64,000 nucleotides of DNA from an uncultured Gammaproteobacteria bacterium (lineage in GTDB: Bacteria > Pseudomonadota > Gammaproteobacteria > Steroidobacterales > Steroidobacteraceae). The notes below the pieces were generated by a model. It was not told the DNA's origin, searched no databases, and worked only from the letters and a program-made list of their open reading frames with translations. This document shows positions 11,640-22,323 of the stretch, piece after piece. Made by a program: the position numbers and the translations under genes. Within the stretch, counting starts at the first letter, position 1, and every line of letters starts with the position of its first letter. The stretch spans positions 1-64,000 of the forward strand of contig CAWBAG010000027.1 in the NCBI GenBank assembly GCA_963786705.1, in the 5' to 3' direction.

Positions 11640-12504
11640 GTGCCTGAACCCGCACCGTTCGATCTGCCCGCAGCCCGCCGCCCTGAGTTCGCCTCGTATC
11701 CGCGCGACGTGCTCGCTACACCGCGGCGTGCCCAACGCCCTGCCCGAGTGATCCCCGCCACCATCGACACAGTGGCCGAGGATCCGCTGTCCGGCTTCTG
11801 CGGTGCGGTGGTGGCGTGCACCTCCACCGCGGTGACCCTGGAGGATCGCAAGGGTCGTCGACGGGTCTTCCCGCTGGCTCCCGGAGCGTTCCTGGTGGAC
11901 GGTGCGCCCGCCACCCTGGTGCGCCCGCCGAGCGCACCCGCCGCGCCACAACGGTCGGCGTCCGGATCAAGGGCGGTCGCGGGTCTGCGCGCGAGAACCG
12001 CCAGGGCGACACGGATCTGGGTGGAAGGCATCCACGACGCCGCGCTGGTGGAACGCGTCTGGGGGCACGACCTGCGCGTGGAGGGCATCGTCGTGGAGCC
12101 GATCGACGGCCTGGACAACCTGCCGTCGGCGGTCGCCGAGTTCCGTCCGGGTGACGGGCGCCGGCTCGGCGTGCTGGTCGACCACCTGGTGCCCGGTTCG
12201 AAGGAAAGTCGCATCGCCGACGGCGTGCTGGCCGACCTACGGCCGCTGCGTGCTGATCACCGGCCATCCGTACGTCGACATCTGGCAGGCGGTGCGGCCG
12301 GCCGCGGTCGGCATCGCCGCCTGGCCCTCCGTGCCGATCGGCACCGACTGGAAGACGGGGGTGTGCGCGGCGCTCGGCGTGCCGGACACCCGGACCATGT
12401 GGAACAGGGTGAACGGTGCGGTCAGCAGTTACCGGGACCTGGACACCCCGCTGATCACCGCGATGGAGCGATTGATCGACTTCGTCACCGAGACCCACAG
12501 CTGA
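11640..12504 (+). CDS. conserved actinobacterial hypothetical protein (DUF3097-like C-terminus GHPYVDIWQAVRP), frameshift near 12240
   Basis: ORF 11640..12542 and ORF 11902..12504 join at ...ADLRPLR | CVLITGHPYVDIW... Confidence 0.5.
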
Positions 12505-12624
12505 TTCGGCGCTACCACGATCGGATCCCGCCTGCCGAGTGACCCGGTTCGTCACCGAACCCGATCCGCCTGACCTGACCTGCAATTCCCGAGCCATCAG
12601 TGACCGCTCTGGCAGGATGAATTC

Positions 12625-13057
12625 ATGTCCGCATGGGTTTGGTTCGCCGGAGCGGTACTGCTGTCGATCGCCGAGGTGCTCGGTGCGGAATTCGTACTGC
12701 TCATGCTCGGCGGCGGCGCCCTGGTCACGGCCGGCGTCGCGCTGCTGTTCCCGGAACTGTTGTGGCTGCAGCTGATCGTGTTCGCGCTGGCCTCGGTCGC
12801 GCTGGTGCTCGGACTGCGGCCGATGTTGCTGCGCAAGTACTACCAGCCGTCCGCGATCCGTACCGGCATCGAGGCGCTGATCGGGTCGAAGGCCACCGTC
12901 GTGTCCACCGTCGATTCCGACGGCGGGCAGGTCGAAGATCGGCGGCGAGGTCTGGTCGGCGGTGGGCATGGAAGGCCACCGCCCGCTGCCGCCGGGTACG
13001 TCCGTCACTGTCGTCGAGGTCCGCGGTGCCACCGCGGTCGTGATTTGGGGGCCATAA
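12625..13057 (+). CDS. NfeD-family membrane protein, frameshift near 12925
   Basis: Two N-terminal TM helices are present. The C-terminus KIGGEVWSAVGMEGHRPLPPGTSVTVVEVRGATAVVIWGP, followed by a stop, is in the +1 frame. Confidence 0.7.
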
Positions 13058-13062
13058 CCACC

Positions 13063-14400
13063 ATGGATCCAGTTCTGATCGTCGCCATCATCATCGTGGT
13101 CCTCGTGGTGGTGGTGCTCATGCGGTCCGTCAAGGTGATCCCGCAGGCCCAGGCCGCGGTGATCGAACGCCTCGGCCGGTTCAACAAGGCCAGCGGCGCC
13201 GGCCTGGTCTGGCTGATGCCGTTCGTCGACCGGATCCGGGCGCGCATCGACCTGCGCGAGCAGGTGGTGTCCTTCCCGCCGCAGCCGGTGATCACCGAGG
13301 ACAACCTGACCGTCTCGATCGACACCGTCGTCTACTTCCAGGTCACCGATCCGCGGGCTGCGGTGTACGAGATCGCGAACTACATCGTGGCCGTCGAGCA
13401 GCTGACCACCACCACGCTGCGCAACGTCGTCGGCGGGATGAACCTGGAACAGACGCTGACCAGCCGCGATTCGATCAACGGGCAGCTGCGCGGGGTGCTG
13501 GACGAGGCCACCGGCAAGTGGGGGATCCGGGTCGCCCGGGTCGAGCTCAAGGCGATCGACCCGCCGCCGTCCATCCAGGAGGCGATGGAGAAGCAGATGC
13601 GCGCCGACCGGGACAAGCGCGCGATGATCCTGAACTCCGAGGGCCTGCGCGAGTCGTCGATCAAGACCGCAGAGGGTCAGAAGCAGGCCGCCGTGCTGAC
13701 CGCGGAAGGCGCCAAGCAGTCCTCGATCCTGGCCGCCGAAGGTGAGCGGCAGTCCCGGATCCTGCGCGCCCAGGGCGAGCGCGCCGCCCGGTACCTGCAG
13801 GCACAGGGCCAGGCCAAGGCCATCGAGAAGGTGTTCGCCGCGGTCAAGGCCGGCAAGCCGACCCCGGAACTGCTGGCGTACCAGTACCTGCAGACGCTGC
13901 CGCAGATGGCGCAGGGCGACGCCAACAAGGTGTGGATGATCCCGAGCGATTTCTCCAAGTCGCTGGAGGGTTTCGCCCGGATGCTGGGCACCAAGGGCGA
14001 CGACGGAGTGTTCCGCTACGAGCCCCCGGCCGATGAGCCGGTCGACCCCGACAAGCCCAGGGCGCGGCCCGGCGACATCGACGACGACGTCGCCGACTGG
14101 TTCGAGGGCACCTCGGCCGCGGAGGTCGCCGAGGCCGTCAAGGCAGTGGAACGCGAGGCCGCGGTGACGATCGCCGACCAGGACGCCGCGCGGGCCGCCG
14201 CCTACCGGGACCGGGTGGAGATCGCTCCGCCGGTGTCCCCGCAACCGCCTGCGCCGCAACAGCTTCCACAGGGACACGACCAGGCCTACCCGGGTCGCGA
14301 CGAACCGCCGGCACCGGGATACCCGTACCAGCCGCCAGGCCCGCCGCAGCCCTACGGGCCGGGACAACGCCTGACCGGGCGGAGCCGCTCACCTCCGGAC
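13063..14400 (+). CDS. SPFH/band-7 (stomatin-like) protein with a Pro-rich tail; the 3' end is uncertain
   Basis: The product begins MDPVLIVAIIIVVLVVVVLMRSVKVIPQAQAAVIERLGRF, the classic band-7 domain. It is co-located with NfeD. Confidence 0.8.
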
Positions 14401-14414
14401 CAGACAGCCTGCCG

Positions 14415-15254
14415 GTGCCGGTGGCGATCGTCGGCGCCGGCCGGCTGGGCACGGCGCTGCTCGGCGCCCTGCGCGAGGCCGGGATTCCGGTCACCGGACC
14501 GCACGGTCGCGGATTTGACGGCACCGGTGCCGGGGTGGTGCTGCTGTGCGTTCCGGACGACGCGATCGCCGCGGCTGCCGACGCCGTCACCGCCCCCGGT
14601 GCGTTGCTGGGGCATTGCTCCGGGGCATCGCGGTTGGACGTACTGGGTGATCACGAGGGTTTCAGCCTGCACCCGTTGATGACGGTGACCCGCGACGGAG
14701 CCGATTTCCGTGGGGTCACCGCGGCGGTGGCCGGCCGGACGCCGCGAGCGCTGGCTGCCGCGACCGCGTTGGCCGGCGCACTCGGCCTGCGTGCCGTCCA
14801 GGTCGCGGAATCGGATCGGGCCGCGTATCACGCGGCCGCTGCCATCGCCTCGAACTTCCTGATCACCCTGCAGGACGCCGCCGCCGAGCTGATCGCGACG
14901 GCCGGGCTGGATCGCGGCGTGCTGCTGCCGCTGGCCAGGGCCGCGTTGGAGAATTGGGGCAAGGCCGGCCCTGCCGCTCTCACCGGACCTGTCGCGCGCG
15001 GCGACACCCGCACGGTCGACCTGCACCGGGACACCGTCGACAGAGCGGACGCCCGACCTGCTTGGCCTGTTCGATGCGCTGGTGGCGGCGACCGAACGGC
15101 TCGCCGCGCCGGACCGCGACCGCGGTCGAGGTGCGCCCCGCAGTGCGCGGCGGCACGCTGGAGGCCGGGCCGGATCCCGACAGCCGTCGGCCCGAGGATC
15201 AGGCCCACCGTCGATCCCCACGACCCTCGCGCATCGGAGTCCGCCAGCCCATGA
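14415..15254 (+). CDS. Rossmann-fold DUF2520-like protein (in the Rv3603c-like position upstream of panC), frame changes near 15040
   Basis: PVAIVGAGRLGTALLGAL is present. The segment ...PDLLGLFDALVAATERLAA is in another frame. The final stop forms an ATGA overlap with the panC start. Confidence 0.55.
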   Translation: MPVAIVGAGRLGTALLGALREAGIPVTGPHGRGFDGTGAGVVLLCVPDDAIAAAADAVTAPGALLGHCSGASRLDVLGDHEGFSLHPLMTVTRDGADFRGVTAAVAGRTPRALAAATALAGALGLRAVQVAESDRAAYHAAAAIASNFLITLQDAAAELIATAGLDRGVLLPLARAALENWGKAGPAALTGPVARGDTRTVDLHRDTVDRADARPAWPVRCAGGGDRTARRAGPRPRSRCAPQCAAARWRPGRIPTAVGPRIRPTVDPHDPRASESASP

Positions 15255-16180
15255 AAACCGTCCGCACGGTGCGCGATCTGCGCGCGGCTCTGTCGACGCA
15301 GCGCGCGGCCGGTGCGTCGGTCGCGTTGGTGCCCACCATGGGTGCCCTGCACGACGGGCACCTGGAACTGGCCAGGCGGGCCAGGGCCGAGAACGACGTC
15401 GTGGTGATGTCGATCTTCGTCAACCCCGCGCAATTCAACGACCCGGCCGATCTGGCCGCCTACCCGCGGGACGAGGCGGCGGACGCGGAGCTGGCCGCCG
15501 GGGTCGGCGTGGATCTGCTGTTCGTGCCGGCGGCGGCGGAGATCTACCCGCCCGGGTTCTCGGTGACCGTCGCGCTGCACGGGCCGATCGTGGAGACCCT
15601 CGAGGGCATCCAGCGCGGCGCCGGGCATTTCCGCGGTGTCACCACGGTGGTCAGCAAGCTGCTCAACATCGCCGGACCGCAGCGGGCGTACTTCGGCGCC
15701 AAGGACGCCCAGCAGGCACGGGTGGTGCGGGCCATGGTGGCGGATCTGAACATCGACACCGAGATCGTGACCGTGCCGACCGTCCGCGAACCCGACGGGC
15801 TGGCGATGTCGAGCCGCAATCGGCGGCTCAGCCCGGCCGAACGCCGCCAGGCGACGGGTCTGTTCGCTGCGCTGCGCGCCGCGCAGCAGATGAACTCCGG
15901 CGGCGAAGGGCGCGGTCAGGTCATCCTGGCCGAGGCCAACCGGATCCTGACCGAGCACGGCATCACGCCGGAGTACCTCGCGCTGGTCGACGCCGACACG
16001 TTCCTGCCCGCCACCACCGTCGGAGTGCAGCCGGCGGTGCTGCTGGTGGCCGCGCAGATCGGCAACACCAGACTGATCGACAATGTGCACCTGGATGCGC
16101 CCAATCGGTCAGGTAGCCGTCGATGGGCCACCAGGATCACGGTCAACGTGCGCCTGGGTGCGCCGAAGTCGGTCAGGTAG
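15251..16180 (+). CDS. panC: pantoate–beta-alanine ligase PanC; the 3' end runs into a tandem repeat
   Basis: The product begins MKTVRTVRDLRAAL and carries PTMGALHDGH and the full PanC core. The C-terminal roughly 30 codons are encoded by the repeat array. Confidence 0.85.
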   Translation: MKTVRTVRDLRAALSTQRAAGASVALVPTMGALHDGHLELARRARAENDVVVMSIFVNPAQFNDPADLAAYPRDEAADAELAAGVGVDLLFVPAAAEIYPPGFSVTVALHGPIVETLEGIQRGAGHFRGVTTVVSKLLNIAGPQRAYFGAKDAQQARVVRAMVADLNIDTEIVTVPTVREPDGLAMSSRNRRLSPAERRQATGLFAALRAAQQMNSGGEGRGQVILAEANRILTEHGITPEYLALVDADTFLPATTVGVQPAVLLVAAQIGNTRLIDNVHLDAPNRSGSRRWATRITVNVRLGAPKSVR

Positions 16181-16300
16181 CCGTCGATGGGCCAACCAGG
16201 ATCACGGTCAACGTGCGCCTGGGTGCGCCGAAGTCGGTCAGGTAGCCGTCGATGGGCCAGCCAACATCACGTCACCGTCCGCCTGGGCCCCCCAAGTCGG
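16095..16300. repeat. MIRU-like tandem repeat, about 3 copies of a 64-65 bp unit
   Basis: The motif tcggtcaggtagccgtcgatgggcca recurs at 16105, 16169 and 16234. The array overlaps the panC stop, as mycobacterial MIRUs often do. Confidence 0.8.
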
Positions 16301-16441
16301 TGAGGTGACAACAACCACTGGTGGAGTGGATCACACGTCCCACCGGCGCTGCTTTCCGGTGGTGGAATGGAACATTGCTGCCACCACGGCGGTTTCATCC
16401 TCATGCAGCGAATATCCGGCAGGCCAGCGAAGGAGCAGCCG

Positions 16442-17359
16442 ATGTCGACTCGTCCATCCGCCGACAACGCGCGGCGCCCGGTGACCATCCCCGGAGTGCT
16501 GGAGCAGAAGCGGTCCGGCCGGCCGATCGTGATGGTGACCGCCTACGACTATCCCAGCGCGCGGGCAGCGGAGGCCGCCGGCGTCGACATCGTGCTGGTC
16601 GGCGATTCCGGCGCGATGACCGTCCTCGGCCACCCGAGCACCGTGGCGGTCACTGTCGAGGAGATGCTGGTGCTGGCCAAGGCCGCCCGCCGCGGCACCG
16701 AGATCCCTTTGTTCATCGTGGATCTCCCGTTCGGGTCGTACGAGGTCAGCGACGAGCAGGCCATCGCGACCGCGGTCCGCATGGTCAAGGAAGCGGGCGC
16801 CGACGGCGTCAAGCTGGAAGGCGGCGGCCCGACGTCGGTCAGCAGAGCCAGGGCGATCGTCGGCGCCGGGGTGCCGGTGATGGGCCACGTCGGCCTCACC
16901 CCGCAGACCGCGACCGCGCTCGGCGGCTACCGCGCCCAGGGCCGCAGCGTCGAATCGGCGCTGAAGATCGCCCGTGGTGCGCTGGACCTGCAAGCCGCCG
17001 GCTGCTTCAGCATCGTGTTCGAGGCCGTGCCCAGCGTGCTGACCGAGGACCTGGTGCCGCTGATGCGCATTCCGGTGATCGGAATCGGGGCCGGGCCGGC
17101 CGCCGACGGTCAGGTGCTGGTGTTCCACGACCTGCTGGGCATCCGGGACGGCGCCGGGGCGAAGTTCGTCCGTCGGTACGCCGACCTGCAGGACGCCATG
17201 AACGAGGGCGTGGCCAGGTACGCGGCTGACGTCCGCTCTGGCGCGTTCCCGGCGCCCGAACACGGCTACGGGATGGATCCGGCCGAACTCGCGATCTACC
17301 AGGCGCGCCGTGGTGAGATCGCCACGGTCGCAGACGATCTGGCACAGTTGCTGCGGTGA
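16442..17359 (+). CDS. panB: 3-methyl-2-oxobutanoate hydroxymethyltransferase PanB
   Basis: The ORF is intact from M at 16442 and carries the PanB hallmark sequence. Confidence 0.85.
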   Translation: MSTRPSADNARRPVTIPGVLEQKRSGRPIVMVTAYDYPSARAAEAAGVDIVLVGDSGAMTVLGHPSTVAVTVEEMLVLAKAARRGTEIPLFIVDLPFGSYEVSDEQAIATAVRMVKEAGADGVKLEGGGPTSVSRARAIVGAGVPVMGHVGLTPQTATALGGYRAQGRSVESALKIARGALDLQAAGCFSIVFEAVPSVLTEDLVPLMRIPVIGIGAGPAADGQVLVFHDLLGIRDGAGAKFVRRYADLQDAMNEGVARYAADVRSGAFPAPEHGYGMDPAELAIYQARRGEIATVADDLAQLLR

Positions 17360-18584
17360 CCTCAGGGCAGGACGAGATCAGCGAGAATTCGACGCAGCCG
17401 CACGTGGTGGCGCTGACGTCCGCCCTGGTCAGGCTGCGGACCGTGCACGACTCGGAGTCCGCCGAGGTCGAAGACCCCGGCTGCCGAATTGCTGGCGACG
17501 ACGATGCGCGGCTTCGGCTGGGACGTCACGGTCACCGAGGTGGCGCCGGGGCGACCCAACGTCGTCGCACAGGTGCACGGTGCCGGGCCCGGTCGCACGC
17601 TGATGTTCGAGGGTCACCTCGACGTCGTGACCGAGGCCGACCCGGATCTGTGGTCGTTCGATCCGTTACAGCGGTGAGGTGATCGACGGCCGCCTGCGCG
17701 GCAGGGGATCGGCCGACATGAAGTCCGGTGTCGCCGCGATGGTGCACGCCGCCAGGGCCGTCCAACTCGGTGGGTTCGACGGCCGGATCATCCTGGGCGC
17801 GCTGGCCGACGAGGAAGGCATGATGCTCGGCGCCAAGTACTTCGCCGGCGATGTGCGGGCCGGTTTGTGGGGCGTCATCGACGGCGTGATCGTGTGCGAG
17901 CCCGAGGGCGGCGAGGTCTGCCCCGTCGCCAAGGGCGCGATCCGCCTGCAGGTGGAGCTGATCGGCGTGATGGCGCACGGCGCCATGCCGCAGATGGGCC
18001 GCAACCCGGTGCCGGCGATCGGTTCGCTGCTCGTGGGGCTGGACCAGATCCAGCAGGCGATCAGGGCGCAGACAGGCACGCACCCGTTGCTGGGCGAGTT
18101 CTCGCTGACCCCCACCGTGCTGCGGGCCGGCTCGCACGACCAGATCAACGTCATCCCGGCAACCGCCACCCTCGCGCTGGACATCCGCACCGTCCCCGGC
18201 GTGGATCATCGGATGTTGATCGAGTTGATCACTCGGCTGACCGACACGCTGGCCGCGGAATCGGGTCTGCATGCCCGGGTCACCGTGATCGACGACCGAC
18301 CCCCGGTGGACACGCCGGTCGACTCGCCCGTGGTCCAGGCGATGTTCGCCGGCCACCAGGCGGCGACCGGACGACCGGCCGTGCTCGGCGGCGTGCCCGG
18401 CACCACGGACGGCACCATCCTCACCCGCGACGCGGGATTGCCCACGGTCGTCTACGGTCCGGGCGGCAAGTGGATCGCTCACCAGGCCGACGAGTACGTC
18501 GAGGTGGAGGACATCGTGATCAGTACCCGTGCGTACATCAGCGCCGCCCGGCATTTTCTCGCCGACCGGCAGCCGCTCGGATGA
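17356..18584 (+). CDS. M20-family metallopeptidase (ArgE/DapE-like), two frameshifts near 17480 and 17665
   Basis: The GTG start at 17356 forms a GTGA overlap with the panB stop. The motifs HLDVV and GSADMKSG are present, and the C-terminal 300 aa are intact. Confidence 0.7.
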
Positions 18585-19726
18585 CCCTGAACGCGCTCGT
18601 GGACGTCCCGGGCATCCGCGTCGGTCACCACACCGCGACCGGTGACGGGTACCTCACCGGCACGACCGTGGTGCTCGCCCCCGACCTTGGGATGACGGCG
18701 AGCGTCGACGTGCGCGGCGGTGGGCCGGCCACCCACGAGACGGACCTGCTCGACCCTTCGGCCGCGGTGGAATCCGTTCATGCGCTGGTGCTCACCGGCG
18801 GCAGCGCGTACGGCCTGGCCGCCTGTTCCGGCGTGATGCTCGGATTGGAGGAGCGGGGGACCGGCCTGCCGGTCGGCGCCCAGCCGGGGGAGTTGGTGCC
18901 CATCGTGCCGGGCGCGGCGCTGTTCGACCTGGGTCGCGGGGGTGAATTCCGCGCCCGCCCGACCGCGGATTTCGGCAGGTCGGCGTTGCAGGCGGCGCTG
19001 GACGTGGACTCGGCGAACCTGGAATCAGGATCCGCCTCAATCGGCTCGATCGGCGCCGGGTGCGGCGCAGTGGCCGGAAACCTGAAAAGTGGCCTTGGAC
19101 AGGCGTCAATCGTGCTGGCCAACGGCATGGTGGTGGCGGCGCTGGTGGTGTGCAACGCCGCGGGTTCGCCGATCGACCCTGGCAACGGCGATCTGCTGGG
19201 TGCCCGGCACCTTCTCGCCGTCGACGGCCGGCGTCCATCGGCGGTCGCGGCCGATCGGCTGGCCGCCCTCAACGAGGCCGTGTACCGGCGACCCGACCGG
19301 CCCGTCTTCGCCTTCGACGGCGACAACCGGGGCCCCGAAAACCCCATCCAGCACACCACGCTGGCCGTGGTGGCGACCAGCGCGCCGCTGACCAAGAGCC
19401 GCTGCGCCAGGATGGCCGCGGTCGCGCACGACGGGATGGCCCGGGCCGTCAACCCCGTGCACACCATGTTCGACGGCGATCTGGTGTTCGGCGTCTCGAC
19501 CGGGGGAGCGGGATCAGCCCCTGCCAGGAATGAGCCGGATCCGCTGGAATTCCACGAGATCCTCACCGCAGCAGCTGATGTCGTGACGCGCTCGATCGTC
19601 CGGGGAATGCTGGCCGCCCGCTCCACCAGTACCGCCGCCGGAAGCTGGCCGTCCTGGGGCGAACTCGCCCACGGGATGATTCACCGGGCGCAGCATGCGC
19701 TCCGGCATGCTACCCTCATGCTGTGA
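18582..19726 (+). CDS. S58/DmpA-family (P1) aminopeptidase
   Basis: The ORF is intact from MTLNALVDVPGIRVGHHT and the start overlaps the M20 stop. Confidence 0.7.
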
Positions 19727-19920
19727 GCATGCTGCAGATCAAGAATCTTCCTGACGACGTTCATGCCGAACTGCGTCGGCGCGCAGAACGCGACGGCACC
19801 ACGATGTCGGCGCTGGCGGCACGGATTCTCACCGCGGCGATGTCCCGGCCGTCGATCGACGACTGGCTCGCGCGGTTCGCCGATCGACAAGGACCGACCG
19901 TGAGCGTCCGATCCACTTGA
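19723..19920 (+). CDS. vapB: ribbon-helix-helix antitoxin (VapB/FitA-like)
   Basis: A 65-aa product beginning MSMLQIKNLPDDVHAELRRRAERDGTTMSA. Confidence 0.75.
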   Translation: MSMLQIKNLPDDVHAELRRRAERDGTTMSALAARILTAAMSRPSIDDWLARFADRQGPTVSVRST

Positions 19921-19953
19921 CGCGCTGGACGAGGTCCGATCCGATCTCGGCAC

Positions 19954-20343
19954 ATGATCGTCATCGACGCCTCGGCGCTGCTGGACTTGATTCTCTTGCG
20001 TCCCAACGCTTCCCGTGTTGCGGACGCCATGAGGGGACAGTCCGTCGCCGCTCCCGAGCTGATCGTGGTGGAAACCTCTTCTGCGCTCGCGCGACTGGAG
20101 CGAGCGGGAGACCTTCATACCCACGATGCGGACATCGCGATCCGCGATGTGGGGGAGATGCCGATCTCGTTGGTTGGCCATTCTCCCCTGCACACCCGTG
20201 CGTGGGCGATGCGCGGGTCCCTTCGGGTGGCCGACGCCTTCTACGTCGCCTGCGCGGAACTGCTCTCCGCGCCGCTGCTCACCAGTGACGGGCGGCTGGC
20301 CCGCGCGCCGCTGTCCGGGGTGGCCGTCACGCTCGTCCGGTGA
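19954..20343 (+). CDS. vapC: PIN-domain toxin VapC
   Basis: The product begins MIVIDASALLDLIL and carries the C-terminal ...TSDGRLARAP. Confidence 0.8.
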   Translation: MIVIDASALLDLILLRPNASRVADAMRGQSVAAPELIVVETSSALARLERAGDLHTHDADIAIRDVGEMPISLVGHSPLHTRAWAMRGSLRVADAFYVACAELLSAPLLTSDGRLARAPLSGVAVTLVR

Positions 20344-20395
20344 GGTCGGTGGGGAAGGGCTCACACCAGGCACCGGGGGTAGCGTGGCGAGCACC

Positions 20396-20942
20396 ATGAC
20401 AGCACGCGCCCGGGCGATCGTGGCCGGAGCCGCGGTGACAGCCTCTCCTGCTCGCCGTACCCGCATCGGCGGACACCGGCGATGCGACGTCGCACGCCCA
20501 CGCGCCGGCGGTCGTCCTGATGGCCGCTCGCGGCGAGGTGATCGGCGGGGTCGACATCGACGCCGCCGTGGCCGACCTGGGCGACGACCATGTCACGGTG
20601 ATCGGCGACTCCGGTGCGACAACCGGCCTGGCCGAGGCGGTCTCGGAATCACGTGCGGACGGGCTGGGGTTGTCGGTGGTCTCGGTGGCGAGTTCGCTGA
20701 CCACCCAGCAGGCGATGGACATCGCCGGCGCCGTCCAGGTCCAGTCCGGCGGCACGGTGCTCGTGCTCGCTCCTGACGCGATCGGTTCGCGCAGCAACAC
20801 GGTGTCCACAGCGGCGGACGAGGACGCCAGGGGCGCGGCCGCGGAGGCCGCCGACCCACCGGCCGCGGTTCGTGCCTACACCGACGTGGCGACCGAGAAA
20901 CCGTTTGCATGGCATGGGCTGCAGAAGCCACCGCCGACCTGA
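20396..20942 (+). CDS. secreted hypothetical protein, frameshift inside the signal peptide (about 20445)
   Basis: MTARARAIVAGAAVTA is in one frame and LLLAVPASADTGDATSHA... in another. There is an AxA cleavage site. Confidence 0.45.
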
Positions 20943-21574
20943 TGCAGCCGAAGCAGTATCCGGCAGCCCAGGTCTTCACGTTTCTGTTCCTGATGCTCGG
21001 CCCGTTCAAGATCATCGGTCCCTTCTTGCAGATCGTGAAGGGAGCGGATGCGACGTTTGCGCGGCAGATTGCCGTGCGGTCGACCCTCTTTGCGACCCTC
21101 GTTCTACTAATCGCGGCAGTCCTCGGCCAGAGCGTCCTGACCAGTTACGGCATCCCATTACCCATTCTCGCTCTCTCCGGCGGGATCATTCTGTTGCTCG
21201 TCGCGCTGGGGCACGTCCTTCGTGAGTTCGCACCACCGAAGCCGCCTCGCGAGACAACTTCGGAGCCGGCCTCGGCAGCAACCTTGAACATGGCTTTGTC
21301 GCCGCTTGCCTTCCCGACGATTGTCACGCCGTACGGTATCGCTGCGCTCATCGTATTCCTTGCACTCAGTCCAGACCTGCAAGCTCGACTGGTCATCGGC
21401 GCCATCCTGTTGGCGATCATGCTGTTGAACCTGATCGTGATGCTGCTGGCCCAGCGCATGCGGCCGTGGATGGGCGCGTCGCTGCAGGTCCTGGGCGCAG
21501 TTCTCAGCGTCATTCAGGTGGCACTGGGACTGCGAATCATCCTCCTCTCGGTCAAGGCGATGGGGATGTCGTGA
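20942..21574 (+). CDS. marC: MarC-family (UPF0056) membrane protein
   Basis: The 210-aa product has six TM segments. GC is roughly 10 points lower than the flanks. Confidence 0.7.
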   Translation: MQPKQYPAAQVFTFLFLMLGPFKIIGPFLQIVKGADATFARQIAVRSTLFATLVLLIAAVLGQSVLTSYGIPLPILALSGGIILLLVALGHVLREFAPPKPPRETTSEPASAATLNMALSPLAFPTIVTPYGIAALIVFLALSPDLQARLVIGAILLAIMLLNLIVMLLAQRMRPWMGASLQVLGAVLSVIQVALGLRIILLSVKAMGMS

Positions 21575-21631
21575 GGCTGCCTCTGCCGCGAGTGTTCTTC
21601 AGGTCGTGGCCGCTGACGCCGGGCGCATGAA

Positions 21632-21877
21632 GCCCCTCTCGCGGCGAAAAAAGAAGAGGGCAAGCCCATCGGTCCGCTCGACACTCTAATCGCGGCGCAC
21701 GCGCTTGAGCTCGGGGCCGTGCTCGTCACCAGTAACGCGCGGGAGTTCGCGCGGGTACCGGCTCTGTCGGTCGAGGACTGGGTGGCCAGAGCAGAACGGT
21801 TCTGCAACTTGAGACGTCGCAACACGGCGGCAGGCCGGATACGACTGAAAGTGGCTGGCGCCCGACGAAAGGATTGA
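21632..21877 (+). pseudogene. VapC (PIN) C-terminal fragment without an N-terminus
   Basis: The translation EEGKPIGPLDTLIAAHALELGAVLVTSNAREFARVPALSVEDW has no in-frame start. Confidence 0.6.
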
Positions 21878-22100
21878 GGATACGCAACTGACGATCGATG
21901 AGCTGGCCGTGCTGCAGGTATTCGCAGGACAGCACCTGGCCGCCGGCGATCAGCGCCGCCGCTATCAGCAGCGAGTCGTACAGCGAGAATCCGTAGCGCT
22001 CCACGAGCGCCAGCGCCGCATCCTGGATGCCTCGAAACTGGCCGACGTCTTCGGCATCGACATGGCGGGCCGCGACACGAAGGCGCCGCCAACCCGTGCT
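21850..22100 (-). pseudogene. second VapC (PIN) remnant, convergent with the first
   Basis: The translation is ...HVDAEDVGQFRGIQDAALALVERYGFSLYDSLLIAAALIAGGQVLSCEYLQHGQLIDRQLRILNPF. An upstream stop falls before any plausible N-terminus. Confidence 0.5.
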
Positions 22101-22254
22101 TCTACAGACGCAAGACAGAAGGCACTGATGCCCAGACAGCCGAAAATAGTCTCACCGAAGCGCAAGAGACTTCGGTGACCCGGAAGTCATGCGATCGTGA
22201 CCGTCTCAGGCACGCTGGCGTTGGTCGCTGTCGCGACACTGACGTTGGTCGCTG

Positions 22255-22276
22255 TCGCGACACTGACGTTTCACCT
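22255..22276. promoter_or_regulatory. 22-bp perfect palindrome TGACGTTTCAccTGAAACGTCA (operator-like or bidirectional terminator), 3' of the hemerythrin gene
   Basis: A perfect 10-bp inverted repeat with a 2-bp spacer is visible in the sequence. It lies directly after a 24-bp direct duplication at 22214..22261. Confidence 0.4.
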
Positions 22277-22323
22277 GAAACGTCAAGCGCTACTTGACAA
22301 TCACTTCGCCGACGTCGGCCGAC

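Noticed and set aside
11716-14367. 883-aa minus-strand ORF rich in Arg/Gly/Pro/His
   Set aside because: It lies antisense to well-supported plus-strand genes (the DUF3097-like gene, NfeD and band-7). It is a typical high-GC shadow ORF with low-complexity composition.
16095-16300. Possible CRISPR array
   Set aside because: The units are contiguous 64-65-bp tandem copies with no unique spacers and no cas genes nearby. This is a MIRU/VNTR-type repeat, not CRISPR.
21575-22323. Mobile element, integrase or IS at the compositional junction
   Set aside because: No transposase or integrase ORF and no terminal inverted repeats are present. Only toxin-antitoxin fragments and short repeats were found.
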